This document shows, piece after piece, positions 25,301-38,500 of a stretch of 64,000 nucleotides of DNA. The stretch comes from Botryllus schlosseri. Taxonomy: Eukaryota. Positions within the stretch are counted from its first letter, which is position 1, and each line of letters begins with the position of its first letter. The stretch covers positions 22,446,001 through 22,510,000 of the forward strand of contig CM119372.1 in NCBI GenBank assembly GCA_051294905.1, in the 5' to 3' direction. A program made the translations under genes and the position numbers. Below the pieces are notes generated by a model that was not told the DNA's origin, made no database searches, and was given only the letters and a program-made list of their open reading frames with translations.

Positions 25301-28300
25301 TGAACGTGATCATTACTGTTTCAACGGGATTTAGTACGTTACGAGGATCAGGATTATAGAATGCTTACATTCTATAGTCAGATTGTTATTACGAGATTTT
25401 ATTACCTAACTTTCAGCAATCTGTCCTCAGTGCCGGGAGCTAAGGATGAAAGGCTTGAGAGGCAACTCTCGAATATGCACTTTATGACCTTAACGCGAAC
25501 CGATCGCATATCTTCCACTGTGAACAAGAACAGCTTATTTCTCAAGTCAAAAGTGTTTTACAGCGCCCGCCCACCAACTTTACACGGCCGATTCACCGAT
25601 GCATTATATTATCATATTTGTAGAGTGCCGAAATGCTGCGCTGGCGCTACGATACCCACGGGTGTCATAATAGGATGATGTTTGTTGGTCGTTCATGCTT
25701 TCACAAATACTGAGGGAATTTCCGCCAGGCCCATGTGCTTATTTCATTAAATTCCAGTAATGCTGACTTATTGCACAGTACGGCTTAGTGCTAGGCTAAG
25801 GCAGAAAAGAGAAGTCTAGAATTTATATACCGGTGGATCTCTGTGGTAGGGTTATTTACTGCGTTTCCATGCACGGCCGACGGACCCATTTTCGAGAGAG
25901 TCGGCCGACGAACAGGAGAATTTTTGTTGCGCAGCACACCAACGTCGCCCGACTTGTCGGCCATCGAGTGAATAATTCGGCTAGGTCGTTCCGCCATCCT
26001 TGCGCTGTATCTTCGACCAGCTGATTGCTATGTGTTACTTACAATACACTTTTCATATCAAATTAACGATGGCTGACGCTCCGGACGGATCTTAGACGCA
26101 TTGAGAAACCAGGAATTTAATTATGATTGCAACGGAAGAACGGAAGTTAGTAGTACCGGACTACCGGTAATGCTGTGAATCAGCCCTAGGCTACTGAAAT
26201 CTTCTTCGTGATCTGCTCATATACGCTGCTACCACATTTCGAGGGTTTGTGTTCTGTTACATGGACAAAAACTACGGTTTGACCACAAACTAGGTGAACT
26301 TATTCACATTTCCCTGGTAAGCAAGTCATAAACAAGACACTTGGTAGTCCACGTCTGAATCACGACGACGAAACAGTAGTAGCGGTAGACTAGACAAAAA
26401 GTTCCTAGTCTGCGCTCGAAATGATCGGGCCGCGTCATTCCATATCTTGTAATCTATATCGCCCACATACTAAGATATAGCACCTAATTTTCATCTTTTT
26501 TCCATCTTATTTTATCTTCTGTTAGTTTTAAGCAAAGTGGTTCATCATGACCATTTTATATGTTGGATTTAAGCCTACGTGTTCCAGGTCAAAGCGGGTT
26601 GTTTGATTGAATGACCGCTACAAGTCGTATCGGCTCATTCCTACCGAGTCATTTTATCGCAATCTCGTGATGATTATGAAATTATTAGTAAGCAAGCCAA
26701 AAACGTCATCGCGAATGTTTCGCCCACCTAGTTCGGCCAAGTCACGGTCGGATTACGCCTGATCATGGAAACACGGCCGGCACGTGTACAACGCATGCGC
26801 CATGGCCTTTCGGCCGTCCGTCGGCCGCACATGGAAACGAAGTAATTGTGTCGTGAGTGTCGACTGCAATTGGTGCGGCCAAGCAATTCATATTTCTCTA
26901 ACACAGTTATACGATACTCACAGTCCCTATTGGAGCCCAACGCCCGCTCCAGCACTTGATCCCTGTTTTTCGGCGACGCGTGCTTTACTTTCGTGGCTAC
27001 TTTTTGTTCCGGAGTCTTGATGGGACGGAACGCACAAATGCAGATCAGTCCGACCACGAGCACCATTCCGGATAGGATACGATACGTGTTCCGCCAGCCC
27101 ACCTCGTTGACCATATATTCGGAGAAGGGATTCATCAATAATGTACCTTTGCAATAATACAAGATGTTTTCACAATCACTATATCTCACGCGTCATGTAG
27201 GCTGCTATTCGGGAGGAAATGTTACTAGACGCGTGACTAACATGTCAATAAGAAAGTGCTGAGCGTGATGAACACGGCGCGAATGGCAATAATGCTTACG
27301 CGACATCATGAGGTTCAGGCCTGAATCACAATGGACCCTCCCTTCCGTTACGAGGGTCGCATTGTTCAAAGATCACGGCTGTCATGTGCTAAGACGACTT
27401 GTTCCAACATGTTCAACTAATGCATTGTATTATATATGCACGATAAGCGGTTAACAAGTGACTGTTTGTGTTGTGTTTGCTGCATAACCAATAGGGCTGG
27501 GCAAATCGAGTTCCTGAGTGATTCGATTCTGAATCACGTAATATGCTTCGAGTCGAGTCGAGTAATCGAGTATCACTCATTATGGCGTCATAACAGAATG
27601 TAATACTTCAAAGTTCAATTGTGTACCGTTTATGCCATTATAGAGATTGTGTATCTCTATAATGCCACCACGAAGAATATAATGCCAGTTATCCATCTCA
27701 TAAAAGATACTTAGATATTTTTTGGACGCGACCGACTTCATTTCACTTGGTGACAGTTGTGGAATAATCGTGACATCGGAAATGTGCTACGTCCAGTAAC
27801 CTTCGTAGGTTTGTACCATATGTTTCGTAAGCTACGATACCGCCAATTAAGGTTTCAAGGCTTCATCAGTGAAAATTAGTATCGAAAAATAAATTTCTCG
27901 TTGATAAATTAACTTTCAGTGGTTAATTTTAGTACTCGAAAAAATCGTCTTTTATTACTCGACTCGGATCATTAACATAAATACTCGATTCAGATTCGAG
28001 TACTCAAATCATTATGCCCAGCCCTAATAACCAATAACCAATGCTGTGTAGTTCAATTGACACCATCAGTAACAACATACAAGGAATAAAATATCATACG
28101 ATATTTTCATAGGCCTAGATTATGCCAATGTTACGAATTGATAGAGTATTGTATTCTTCGCCTTTATTAAATGAGCTAACTGGCGGACACGATTGATTTC
28201 CAAAACACTTGATTAATGATACGGGCATATATTTATTGAAGGAATTGAGATTTCCGCACCGTTACTGATGGGTTGCGTTCCCAAACCCTACGGTTTCTTG

Positions 28301-31300
28301 AAGAGATTTACCGAAAATTCAATATTAGATTTCAACAAAATGAGTATGCTTCGCAATGCAATGAGTAACTTTGCATTCATATCAGGGCTGGGCTTGTACT
28401 CGAGTTCGGCGTTTAGTTTGAGCAGCCCTGACAACCTATTCAGTACAATAAAATGAGGAGTTTGTAAGCCGTTCGGCATAAGGCCGCCGTTGAGAATTCG
28501 ATGTAAAATGCACAAAAACATAGGAGGGATTTCCATTGCTAAGTATCTCCCTACGAAATACAGTCACGTTTTGACTAACGTTGAGCGCTATTTCCTAATT
28601 CAAAATCGCCAGCTACGTAGGCCTACCTAACAGAGGTGATGGAATTTGAATTAAGCAAATCTCTGAGACTCTTGACCGTACAGAGATAATATTGATGACC
28701 TCTAGAAAATATACGACACCGCCCTTCAACCTCAAGTTATAGCAGATGACTGTTTACTGATATAAAACATTGGATTGGTTTGGAACGTTGGTGTTTTCAA
28801 AACCCACTACGACAGTAAAGCTTTAATTTCAACACGAGTTGACTATAAAATGCGAGCCTCACCCGTTTGCGAAAACGATTGGTACATTTACTGACTAAGC
28901 GCAATATCCATGAATCGTATGATTGACAGTAATCGGCATATAACTCTCAAATAGAAACGGCATAAATATACGGTGAGTGATGTGTATCGTGATTGGACAT
29001 TATTATTACTTGATTACAATTACTGAATTGTGTTGTTCTGCGTCGAGTAAACGACGATGGTCATTCGTTTCTGTTGCCCTGCACGTCAGGACCTTTTGTT
29101 AAGTTCGCATGAATAAAGTCTCAAGTTAGTACATAACAGTGAGTGGGTATCTGTTTGAATTAGCATACTCACACGCTCGCTACCAAGGATCAGTGATAAT
29201 GTTGCAATGTTAATGTTTCATAAACGTACAAATATACGGACTGTTAGCAGCCTTTATTTAGAAACAAAATAAGTATGGCCAACCCACGCGAGTGTATGGC
29301 TGGTTCGCTGCAAAATATCCGTCATGCTGTACAATGTGTTTACAGGATACGGCAGTTTACAATTGTTATTGAAATGACGTCATTCAGCCAAATCCTATTA
29401 TGCCGCTCATTTCCGCAAAATCATACGCTGGATGCGGTTAGGAAATTCAATACTGCGCATATGCCCGCCGATTGGTCATAGTACGATGGTCAAACCAGAG
29501 CTCCACGTTAAACCGCGCGTGTATTATTACAAGACACTCGCTTTACTGCACGTAAGCCGGCATACAGACGCAAAAGGTCACGTCTGATTTCGTTGTCAGT
29601 CATAAAATGACACGTACCGAATGATATTCCAGCAGATGCCAGACATGTCGCCAGGGCCTGATGTTTGGAAGGAAAGTACTGACCGGTCAACGTCATGGCA
29701 GAGTTATACATGAAATTAGCAGAAATTCCGAACATCGCACTGAAAGCAAACGAGTCTGTTACTATCCCAGCCACTTTCAACCGTGTACAAAATCACTCTC
29801 CCACCTGTACGTTAAAAAAAAAAGATAAATGACAGGAGCGAATGACGTTGCGATTAGACTTGCGGTTCCGGATATCACACCGAATCCGGCGAGCTTCCGC
29901 GCTCCGAATATCGTGATTAATGGCGTACTGATAGGACATGTTCCCACAGTGAAACCAAACGCCAACGACGCAATCCAGCCTACAAAGCAAAAAAGTTGCA
30001 TTGTCAAATCGGAAAGCGCGTGGAAATGACCAGTACGTACCGCTTTCTAGTTTTGTCGCGTTAAACTCTTCCGTTAGCGATTCAACAAGAACGCCAAAAC
30101 TTGACAGCGTCCCCGCCACAGGTATCATAATAATCCAACTGGCAATAACCACAAGCCACCCGCGAACGTTTTGAACACATCCCCTTAAAATGAGTACTAA
30201 TTTTTTATTCTTTGACACTGCACCGTGAATACGTGGGTGTAGAACAGGAGTCGCCAACACAAAACTGGCCGAGGGCCACTTTTCAAATTTCGTGCGTGCA
30301 GCATGAATACAATATCGCGACAAAATATACCTGCAGGCCACACAGTTGAACTTTGGATACAACACTGTGCTCTGTAACATGGGCGATGGGTGCATCGTTT
30401 TCTCAAAAGAAGTAATATTTTAATGAAGAAGTAAAGATACAACAGGAAATGTCATGAATTCATGATCACTAACTTCGTTATATTTTGAACTTTGAGTTGT
30501 GCATGATACCCGACAACGCTTTTCAGCGACTAAGGAATCGATATTGGGGATAGCGAGACACGTTATTAGCTGAAACAATGTCTTATACTAGAGATTGATC
30601 TTGTGAGGAAGCCATAAGCCGTTTTCTAACCGTCTCAGTCTTGGCAGTGTCTGTGTAATTGCACGTCAAGGCAATATGCCCAATTGCCCACTGCCCATTC
30701 ACATCAGCTGACTCTCCCTCGATGGAATGCTGTTGCCATCGCCGAAGCCGTTTCGGCTCGTGGGAAATAGTGATGTTGGGCACAGGCGAATAGCTTATTT
30801 TGAAACAACAACAACAATATTTTGTAATTGAAATCAATTTCAGCATTTGAAAATGTTTTACTTAGCGTTCTTCCGAAATCTCAAATCAGATCGCGGGCCG
30901 CAAAACGTGACCTCGCGGGTCGCGTGTTGGTGACACCTGGCGTAGAATATGTGTATTTACCAGACTTACACCGAAGGGTCAGGCGGCAAATTAGGTCATC
31001 GGCACTTTCTGGCATCAAATTTCGCTTTCAGGCGCATTTCAATGGGTAAACAGTGAACACGTACCTAAGCAATGGTGGAAATCGGCAAAACACACGATTT
31101 TCGTTTTTAGTGTATACACTCCAATGTTTATACCATTGTTAAGGTAGCATAATGAGGTTAACGTGTAATTTCTGCTGCGATAAAGGCGCAGTGTGGATGT
31201 ATACGCGTTCGGAATAAATGGATCATTTCGCGATAACATATAATTTCAACGTAAAGCATTTGAGCAATTCGTATAAAACGATAGGGCTAATCCGTGCAAG

Positions 31301-32730
31301 GGAGCGCCAGTATATTATTACGCGATAATAATCTTCGTCATAGGATGATCTAATCGCCAAACTATTGGCCGATAGTGTATGATTTATTTGGTTGCTATGA
31401 AATTTTCACCAAAAGGCATTGCACAACATCGAAATTTTCGTAATTCCGTGATATCTCGGCATCGACTGTCCAAAATGTCAATATATGAATGTCACTGGAT
31501 GATTCCCTTGCTCGTACAGTATAGGCAATAGGCATAGACTACACCAAAATATTGAAATGTTAATCAGCTTTTCAGAAGATGGGCTTTCCCGTTAATCTTC
31601 AATTCATTTTGGAATCCTTGCAGGATTCTATAGTATCTATCATCCGCCTAATGAATATGATTTCGTTACACCATGAAATGATATACAATCAAGTATTTTA
31701 GGTAGGATGCAACCCCCAATATACGTGGCTATAGCACCGCGTGTGTAATGGAAGGAGAGTATATGACTCGTGATTACCCTTGTGATCGGCGGAAGAAAGT
31801 ACGATATTACAATCAATTTCGGGTATTGTAGCATAATATAATTACAGCGTCACTATGGCACAGTCTGCACGATACATATTTGAACTTACAGCAAATATTT
31901 TACCCAAGTACCGTACCCAGTTAGGGCGATTTCTTGTAACCAAACCTAATTGAGAACGTTGACAAATAAAGAAATATTTATACATATGCATTATGACACG
32001 ATAATGTGCACTATCATGCTGCTAATTGGATATTATTGGCAGTGCGAGCACTTGCACATTGCGCATGGTGCCTGTGCAGCATTAGGTATGTATATATTTG
32101 CACACGAAGAAACGCTCGAGGTTGGGGGTGTGATACTTACGTTTGAGTCATATTTACCACCGTCGAATCTGCAATGACATTTGCGATCACGTCAACAAAT
32201 CAGACGCGGCATTGGCGGCAATAACCGTAACCACTTACAATCCGCATGGCCGGAAGAAATTGTGCACCAAACGTTGCATATGCGCGTGCGCGTATATAGG
32301 GTAATCACATTGTATACCAACAGAGATATATGTAGTACTGTAGTACAAACCGAATTTATATTACTCATTCTGACGCATGTACGACGTACGTACACGGACG
32401 GTTAAAGTCCTGTTTTACCTAGAGACCACTTATTCTATATGAATTTTCGCACCTTTTCCTTGCAGGCTCTGATTGATGTAGTAGCTTGTCTTCTTCTTTT
32501 TCTACATTGCCAGTGTCAACGTTGAATGTCACATGGTTATGTAATTCATCTTGAGTATGTGAAGCATTCGATGTTTCGTTAGTCGCAACGGCGTTTGTCT
32601 CTGAATTACTTTTTTCGGAATCTGTCGCTACCGATTCATCGATGTGTTGAGCTTCCGCCATCGGCGCAGCGCCGTTGACCTCGGATTTTTGCTGATCTGC
32701 CTGCAGGACCTCGTGATCTGACTCATTCAT
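19368..32730 (-). CDS. SLC16A10: Monocarboxylate / aromatic amino acid transporter, SLC16 family (MCT8/MCT10-like), multi-exon; orthology only at family level
   Basis: Exons (plus coordinates): 32453-32730, 32141-32168, 30041-about 30183, 29805-29979, 29618-29739, 26922-27146, possibly about 21640-21709, 21042-21369, 20755-20980, 20570-20686, 19368-19720; GT-AG sites; motifs GWLVVIAS, WIASLAFG..CPI..FGARK, GWRNTYR, GPVVAGLIFDATQSY. Phases around the exon 2/3 junction and the large loop are unresolved. Confidence 0.88.
22901..25093. mobile_element. hAT MITE (CAGGGGTTCTCA TIR) carrying a nested family-A copy at 23419-24611
   Basis: Perfect TSD gtctatat; inner element TSD agtaggac / attaggac; lies in an SLC16 intron. 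Confidence 0.88.
25859..26842. mobile_element. Harbinger-like MITE (CGGCCGA-rich TIRs, TTA/TAA flanks)
   Basis: ctgcgtttccatgcacggccgacggac is inverted relative to gtccgtcggccgcacatggaaacgaag; 3-bp TWA flanks. Confidence 0.65.
27492..28026. mobile_element. hAT MITE (TAGGGCTGGGCA family), opposite orientation to 3421-3935
   Basis: Matching TIRs and perfect TSD ataaccaa. Confidence 0.9.
30245..30939. mobile_element. hAT MITE (CAGGGGTCGCCAAC family)
   Basis: TSD gtgtagaa / gcgtagaa; collinear with 48616-49222. Confidence 0.8.
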
Positions 32731-34124
32731 TGCAGATATATTATTACATCACAAAACAATTATTCTAAAGTGAAAAACAAGTCATCCTCATATCCAAGAT
32801 GGTTCAAAGCTAGCGGAGTGATATGCCGGGTTGCAGTTGCGCAATTGGCTAATGCCGCAAATTATTTCGGGATCGCCTTGTGAAGGCAGCGTAAGTTTTA
32901 TATGGTAAATATTTACATATGACGGGAGTTCGCTTTACGAGATAAATATTTGTTCGGTAATAATAAATCTCAGACAGATATCAAATACCAGCGCAATTGA
33001 GCCCATAGTAAACTCGCATAGCTAGCTGGGAATAGTGAGATCATCTAACTGGTTAAAAAATACCCATAACAAGCTGTAGTCATCCATCAATTCTATTACA
33101 CACATGCTGAAATAATAATACCCACACCATACGGTTTATATATTAGCTGACAATCACCCAACGAATCGCCGGGTTACGAAACATTGACTGAAGGAGAGTG
33201 TATATGAAACACAGTTGCGCAATATGACGAAATCGATCGACAATCATTCACACCTGACACATCGGCTCCTACAGAGCACCATCACAAGCACACGAATCTA
33301 CCGAATGGGCGGAATTTCTCAATACCGTACTCGGACTTCCACGCCGGCCGCCTCCGCAATCGGGAGGCAATGTACCTGACTGAAAATCATCGTGTAGTTG
33401 TAGTGATGCATAATTTTGCCCTCTTCCCCACCGTTTTACAGCAATTTATTGTATCATTTTAAGCGTCAAAAGAACTTTTTAGATTGTAGAAACAGCATTT
33501 TGTAGTCAAATATATTTCGAAGCGCTACCAGTAAACATGTTTACAGTAGTTAGCATCTGAGCCCTCTATACAACTGCAGATTTAACATCACGGGCTGACA
33601 ATCAGTAAAATGAAACTTTCAAACTTATCCTCTACTACGCCGTAGTCCTCAAGACACCTTCCAACAATTACTTTAATATTAACTAAAGCGAGCATGTGGT
33701 TCTATTCCTGAAAATGCCTATCCTTGCATAGTTCTGTCCAGAATACTTGAACGAATAAAACAATCCAAGGAACAACTATCGGCATTGCCGCCATATATCG
33801 GTTGCCAAAAACAAAGAGACGAACTGATATCGGCACAGGCGTAAGGCGAACGGCTGTTTTGCGATGAATTTTGCATGACGTAACTTGTTTTTGATACAGC
33901 TGACTGGCATCAGCTGGGTTCTTACTGCCGTTGTTCATCGCTCGACTGTTGGGTCTGTTCCGTTGGAAATGGTTGTCGTGGTAATCTGGTCCGGGTGATT
34001 TATAGACCCGTAAAAGTATGCATAGATCGTGTTAGAAATGGGCGGTATATGGCATTGTAAATATGCTGTTGAATATCTCACACATTGTTTACTGCCTTGA
34101 ATACAATCGGCACAAGCCCGCTCA

Positions 34125-34382
34125 CGTAAAAGGCGATGCACTCTCCCGATGTACCGGAATAGTAAACAACGGCGCAGCGAAGAATAGGAGTATTGACACT
34201 GCCAGGGTAGTATCGTAGGCCCCGGTAGAGCCATGTAATGAGATGCTCGATAAACTCCAGCCAAGCATATGGAATGGGAATGGAGTGAAACTATAATACA
34301 CATAGCTTACACTAGTAGGGAAAACTAGCCTGGTAGCCGAAAACAAAGCATTGTAATTTACACACAGGAAATGGTTGAATCC
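34125..34382 (-). pseudogene. Probable decayed SLC16-like C-terminal transmembrane segment
   Basis: YNALFSATRLVFP...LGWSLSSISLHGSTGAYDTTLAVSILLFFAA resembles TM10-12 of the adjacent SLC16; followed by a stop/frameshift; weak upstream traces to about 35400. Confidence 0.35.
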
Positions 34383-35554
34383 TGCAAGTATTACTCAGTC
34401 TCATGTAATCCGACGACATGCTCAGCAGGCAGCACAGAACTCAAAGCACACAGTGCAGTTTTACAAGAGCTAAAAGTTTGAATCAGTCCCGTGACGAAAA
34501 TTTGAAGGCGGCAAAATTCTTTCAACAAAACTCAGCTGATCACAACATAATGTCTTACATTGTGACGTAACCTGTGAGAGGACTGCACAATGTTTCAACG
34601 TTCAAATTTCGAACAAGTGTGAGAGTCGTGAGTGTTTTGCTTCCACTGGCTGTCCATGAGTGGCGTTATTAGGGTAAACTGGTATACCTAGCGCTTTTCG
34701 AATGCGAGAAAGAATGTCTACACATATATTCCGATGACATCTGTCAATAATAGGCACAACGAAACGATAGACACGGCCTATGAAATTGTCGATCATTTCT
34801 CTATCTCATAATCACCAACGCAAGGGTCGGTTCGAAATGTCTTCGCTAGTGTACGTTCTAGTCTCTGCAATCGCTGTAAGTTCTATTCTCCGACTATCAA
34901 TGAATAATCAGAACACCTTCGTTGGTATTTTATGACACCGTTTTATAGATTTTTCATCGCATGATAAAAAGTACTGCGACACCTCGGGCCATTTCGCGAC
35001 TTATTATTGGGCGGATAGGCACCTAGAATGCTGCAAAATCAGTAACATTCCTAGAGTCCAAAGTCCACCTCACGTATAATTTGTCTTAACGCGCGTTCGC
35101 GCCGCATCAAATAACTTTCCTTCGCGATGGTAAATTCGGCGTATTCAAGGACCCCTTACTCTGCAATGTAATCATGACTGCAATAACAATATGAAACGGC
35201 AGTACAGAAAAATCAATAACCCTTTCATCCACGAGACTTCACTTCGCAATTGTTTCAAACTGCACCCGCATAGAAGGTATTAACTTACCGAAACAGCTGA
35301 CGAGCATAGCGGAAACCATTCATATTTAACAATGAGTGACTAGTTCGAACTATGTCCAAGCCGAGAGGAAAAAGCCATACATTGCTTCAGACGGACAACC
35401 ACTTGACCACACATAACAAGATAACTCTCGAAGGTGCAGCTTTCACGAGAGGGAATTACTAAAGTCATTAATTGCACTTGAAGAGACTACTGGCCATCGC
35501 ACTACGATACATACTGATCATCATTGCGCTTGATGTGGTTAAATTCATGATTGA

Positions 35555-38500
35555 TTACATTGATACAAACATATAACTAGTTGTTACAAAGAGCAACAGT
35601 TCAAGGTATGGTGTTAGCAATGTGAACCCAGCGCTTGTAGTCATTATATCCGTTACATCCCGGCCTGCCACATCCCAGTTGCAACCGTCCGTAGTACAGT
35701 AGGAGAAATCACAACTGTGTGGCAAAGATAAACATATTGGAATTGAAGCCACGGATATTGCTATTCATTCTGAACGTACCTGATGTCAGAACTAGCATTC
35801 AGCAGCTGTTGGAATTGTGGCGAACTACGAAGTGATGGCAGGAATGTTGCGCAATCGAGGTAGACCTTGTTCTGTTCGCTCATACATTTTTTCGTGCTTA
35901 GCAATACTGTAAAGGTAAGAGTCTATATGTTGTCACGAAGTCAATCTTTTTAAAATATACCTGTATTTGTTTAGGGTAGGCCAGCGTGAAAGTGAAAAAA
36001 TGCAGAAATATGACTTCTAGAAATATGCCTGTGTTATTAACTTAAACTTAACGTATTGCGCTGAAAACCCCGAAAGAAATTCGCTAGACGCTTGTGATGG
36101 TGCTAAATTCTCCACCAAATCGTCATTTCTAACTTTTTCTGTGTTGCACACCAGTTTTTAGAGCGCGGGGTACCCTGCAGACCCGGTTTCGGCGCTTGGT
36201 TACAGCCCAGGGCAGATGTCAAAATCTGCACCAGCTGAGGTCAGTACTGGTCCGACAGAAGTGCAAGGCAGTAGACAGAGCAAATCATTATTACCTACGG
36301 GTTAATTGCCCTGTGCCGACACCTAACGTAATCTTCAGAATACTATGCTGGTGACGTCAATTTTTGTGATACGATTGTTGATGTACGATGTTCTTTTCCA
36401 TTCTCTACTAGTTGCTGACGATTGCCCCGGACGAGTGTCAGCCGAAATTATTCGGGCTCATTTCCATATGAATACACTATTCAATTGGAGGTATAGAACT
36501 TCAATATACATTTGAATAGTATGTATTCATATTGCAATGAACCCGAATATTTTCGGCTGGGACTCGTCAGGGGTAATCGTCACCAACTAGTAAAGTGAAT
36601 TAAAAAGAACATTCTATAATGAATATCAACAATCGAATCACAAAATATGACGTCACCAGCATAGCATACTAACGGTCTTAACCGAGACTAGGAACATACC
36701 GTTCTCTTACAATTAGACTATTTTCAGTAAATGATGGATATAGTGCTATAGATTTTTGAGTGCATTTTTTTGCGAGGGCGGGGGTACCCATAGTAAAAAT
36801 ATATATGCGACACTAAATCGTGCGCAGTGCAAAGAAATATTTCAAGAAGCATTAATTTTGAGCTTCCTTCTAGCCTTCGACATTCCGGACATTTAACATG
36901 TGGAGTCGGAGTCGGAGTCGGTGGAGTCGGAGTCGGAGTTTGGCTAATTTTCGCTTGATGGAGTCGGAGTCATGAAAACTGCGGTGGATGGAGTCGGAGC
37001 CTGGGTCGTGGGAAAAATACTAACTGGAGTCGGAGTCGGAGTTAGTGAAAATGACCCCGACTTCGACTCCGACTCCAACTTCTTCACCACGTAAACAATT
37101 TCTTTTCAAAGATATCTTTTAAATTACTAATAATAGGATTATTATGTACTATCAATTACTGTTATTGGTAACGATACAGATCAGAGGCGGCCAGACCGTG
37201 CCCCGCAGTCCAAATGTGGCCCGCGAGAAGGTTTTGTGTTGCCTGCGAGGTAATTCTCGAAATTATATATAACATCAGGTAAAATTGCAAGGCCAACCAA
37301 AATTTGATTAGCCTAACCGTGAAATTTGATGATGACTAATACATCACTTTCGACGCACGGCGTAACCAGGGGCCAGCCACATTCAGCGCAGTTCTTCATA
37401 TATGATCATAAAGTAGAATATTCCGTAGCAGATTTATTGACTTTAAATTTTTCATAGCACTTCGCATGATTTATTGTCACATTTCTTGCATTTAGTATTG
37501 GAAACCCTCCTAGAAATTAGATACGCGTAATTTACGGAATCGAGTCCAACCATACTCGCAATTAGGAGATAACGTGTCGTCGAACACGGGACTTTGCTTG
37601 TGCGCTCGAAGCGAGATCGTTGGCGATGAAACATTAGCGTAAAATGACAGAACCATGTTCACCGAAACCGTCGATATTGCTATGTTCTAAACGCCAAATA
37701 AAACATTCCTAGCCAAATGAGCCCATTGCTATACAGAGGCGACCCCCAATATGTGCAAGTGATATATTTATTGTTCGAATTCATTCATTACCTTTGAAAT
37801 ATTTCGTGCTTCGCGTGACCAGGGCATGACTGCACGCACACCGTACAGTTGCCCACTGAGTTTTCATGACATAATTTTAAAACGTAGTCATATAAGTCTT
37901 GTTTTCAATGTTACTGAATTCGGTTCATTGCTATCGGGCGACTAAAAAAAGGTTATCAACATTCAAGTTTCCCGCACTATGGTTCGAAAATCTCATGCAG
38001 CCTTTAGCCGAAAAGGTTGGCCACCCCTGACATATATAGAATTGAACATTATTTGCAAAATACAATTCAGTTGCATATAGGAAGAATGAAGCAATATGCA
38101 TCTTCGCGATGCAGTCACAAATTGATGCAATCTTTGGAATTATACCATGATATTGTGACAGAGCAAATATATCGTCTGGTTGTAATATTGATGTAAATAC
38201 AACCAAACGCTCCTTCCCACTCGACAAAATTAAAAATATTTGTGGTGTAGTTTAGCTGCTTGGGTGAACAAATGATTTAGAAAGAATGCAAGTCCTTGTC
38301 CTTGAATACTTGACTGAGTTCAAGTAGACTAGACATATGCCATTTGACTACCTCCTAAATTTCGTTTATGACCAATGGCTACTAGTAGTGAGGGTGTGTG
38401 CTTGTAATCAGTACAGCAGGGGTGTCAAACATCCGGCCCGCGGGCCGCATCCGGCCCGCCAGACCATTTCATCCGGCCCGCGAAGCTATTTTGAAAAATG

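Noticed and set aside
26728..26921. Extension of the SLC16 exon ORF (CEYRITV...TWPN)
   Set aside because: Lies after a gtgagt donor at 26921 and runs through a MITE terminal repeat
36900..37075. GGAGTC and GACTCGA arrays (also 40650-42860) as CRISPR-like or satellite repeats
   Set aside because: No repeat-spacer structure, eukaryotic context, and the arrays sit inside TIR/TSD-bounded MITEs
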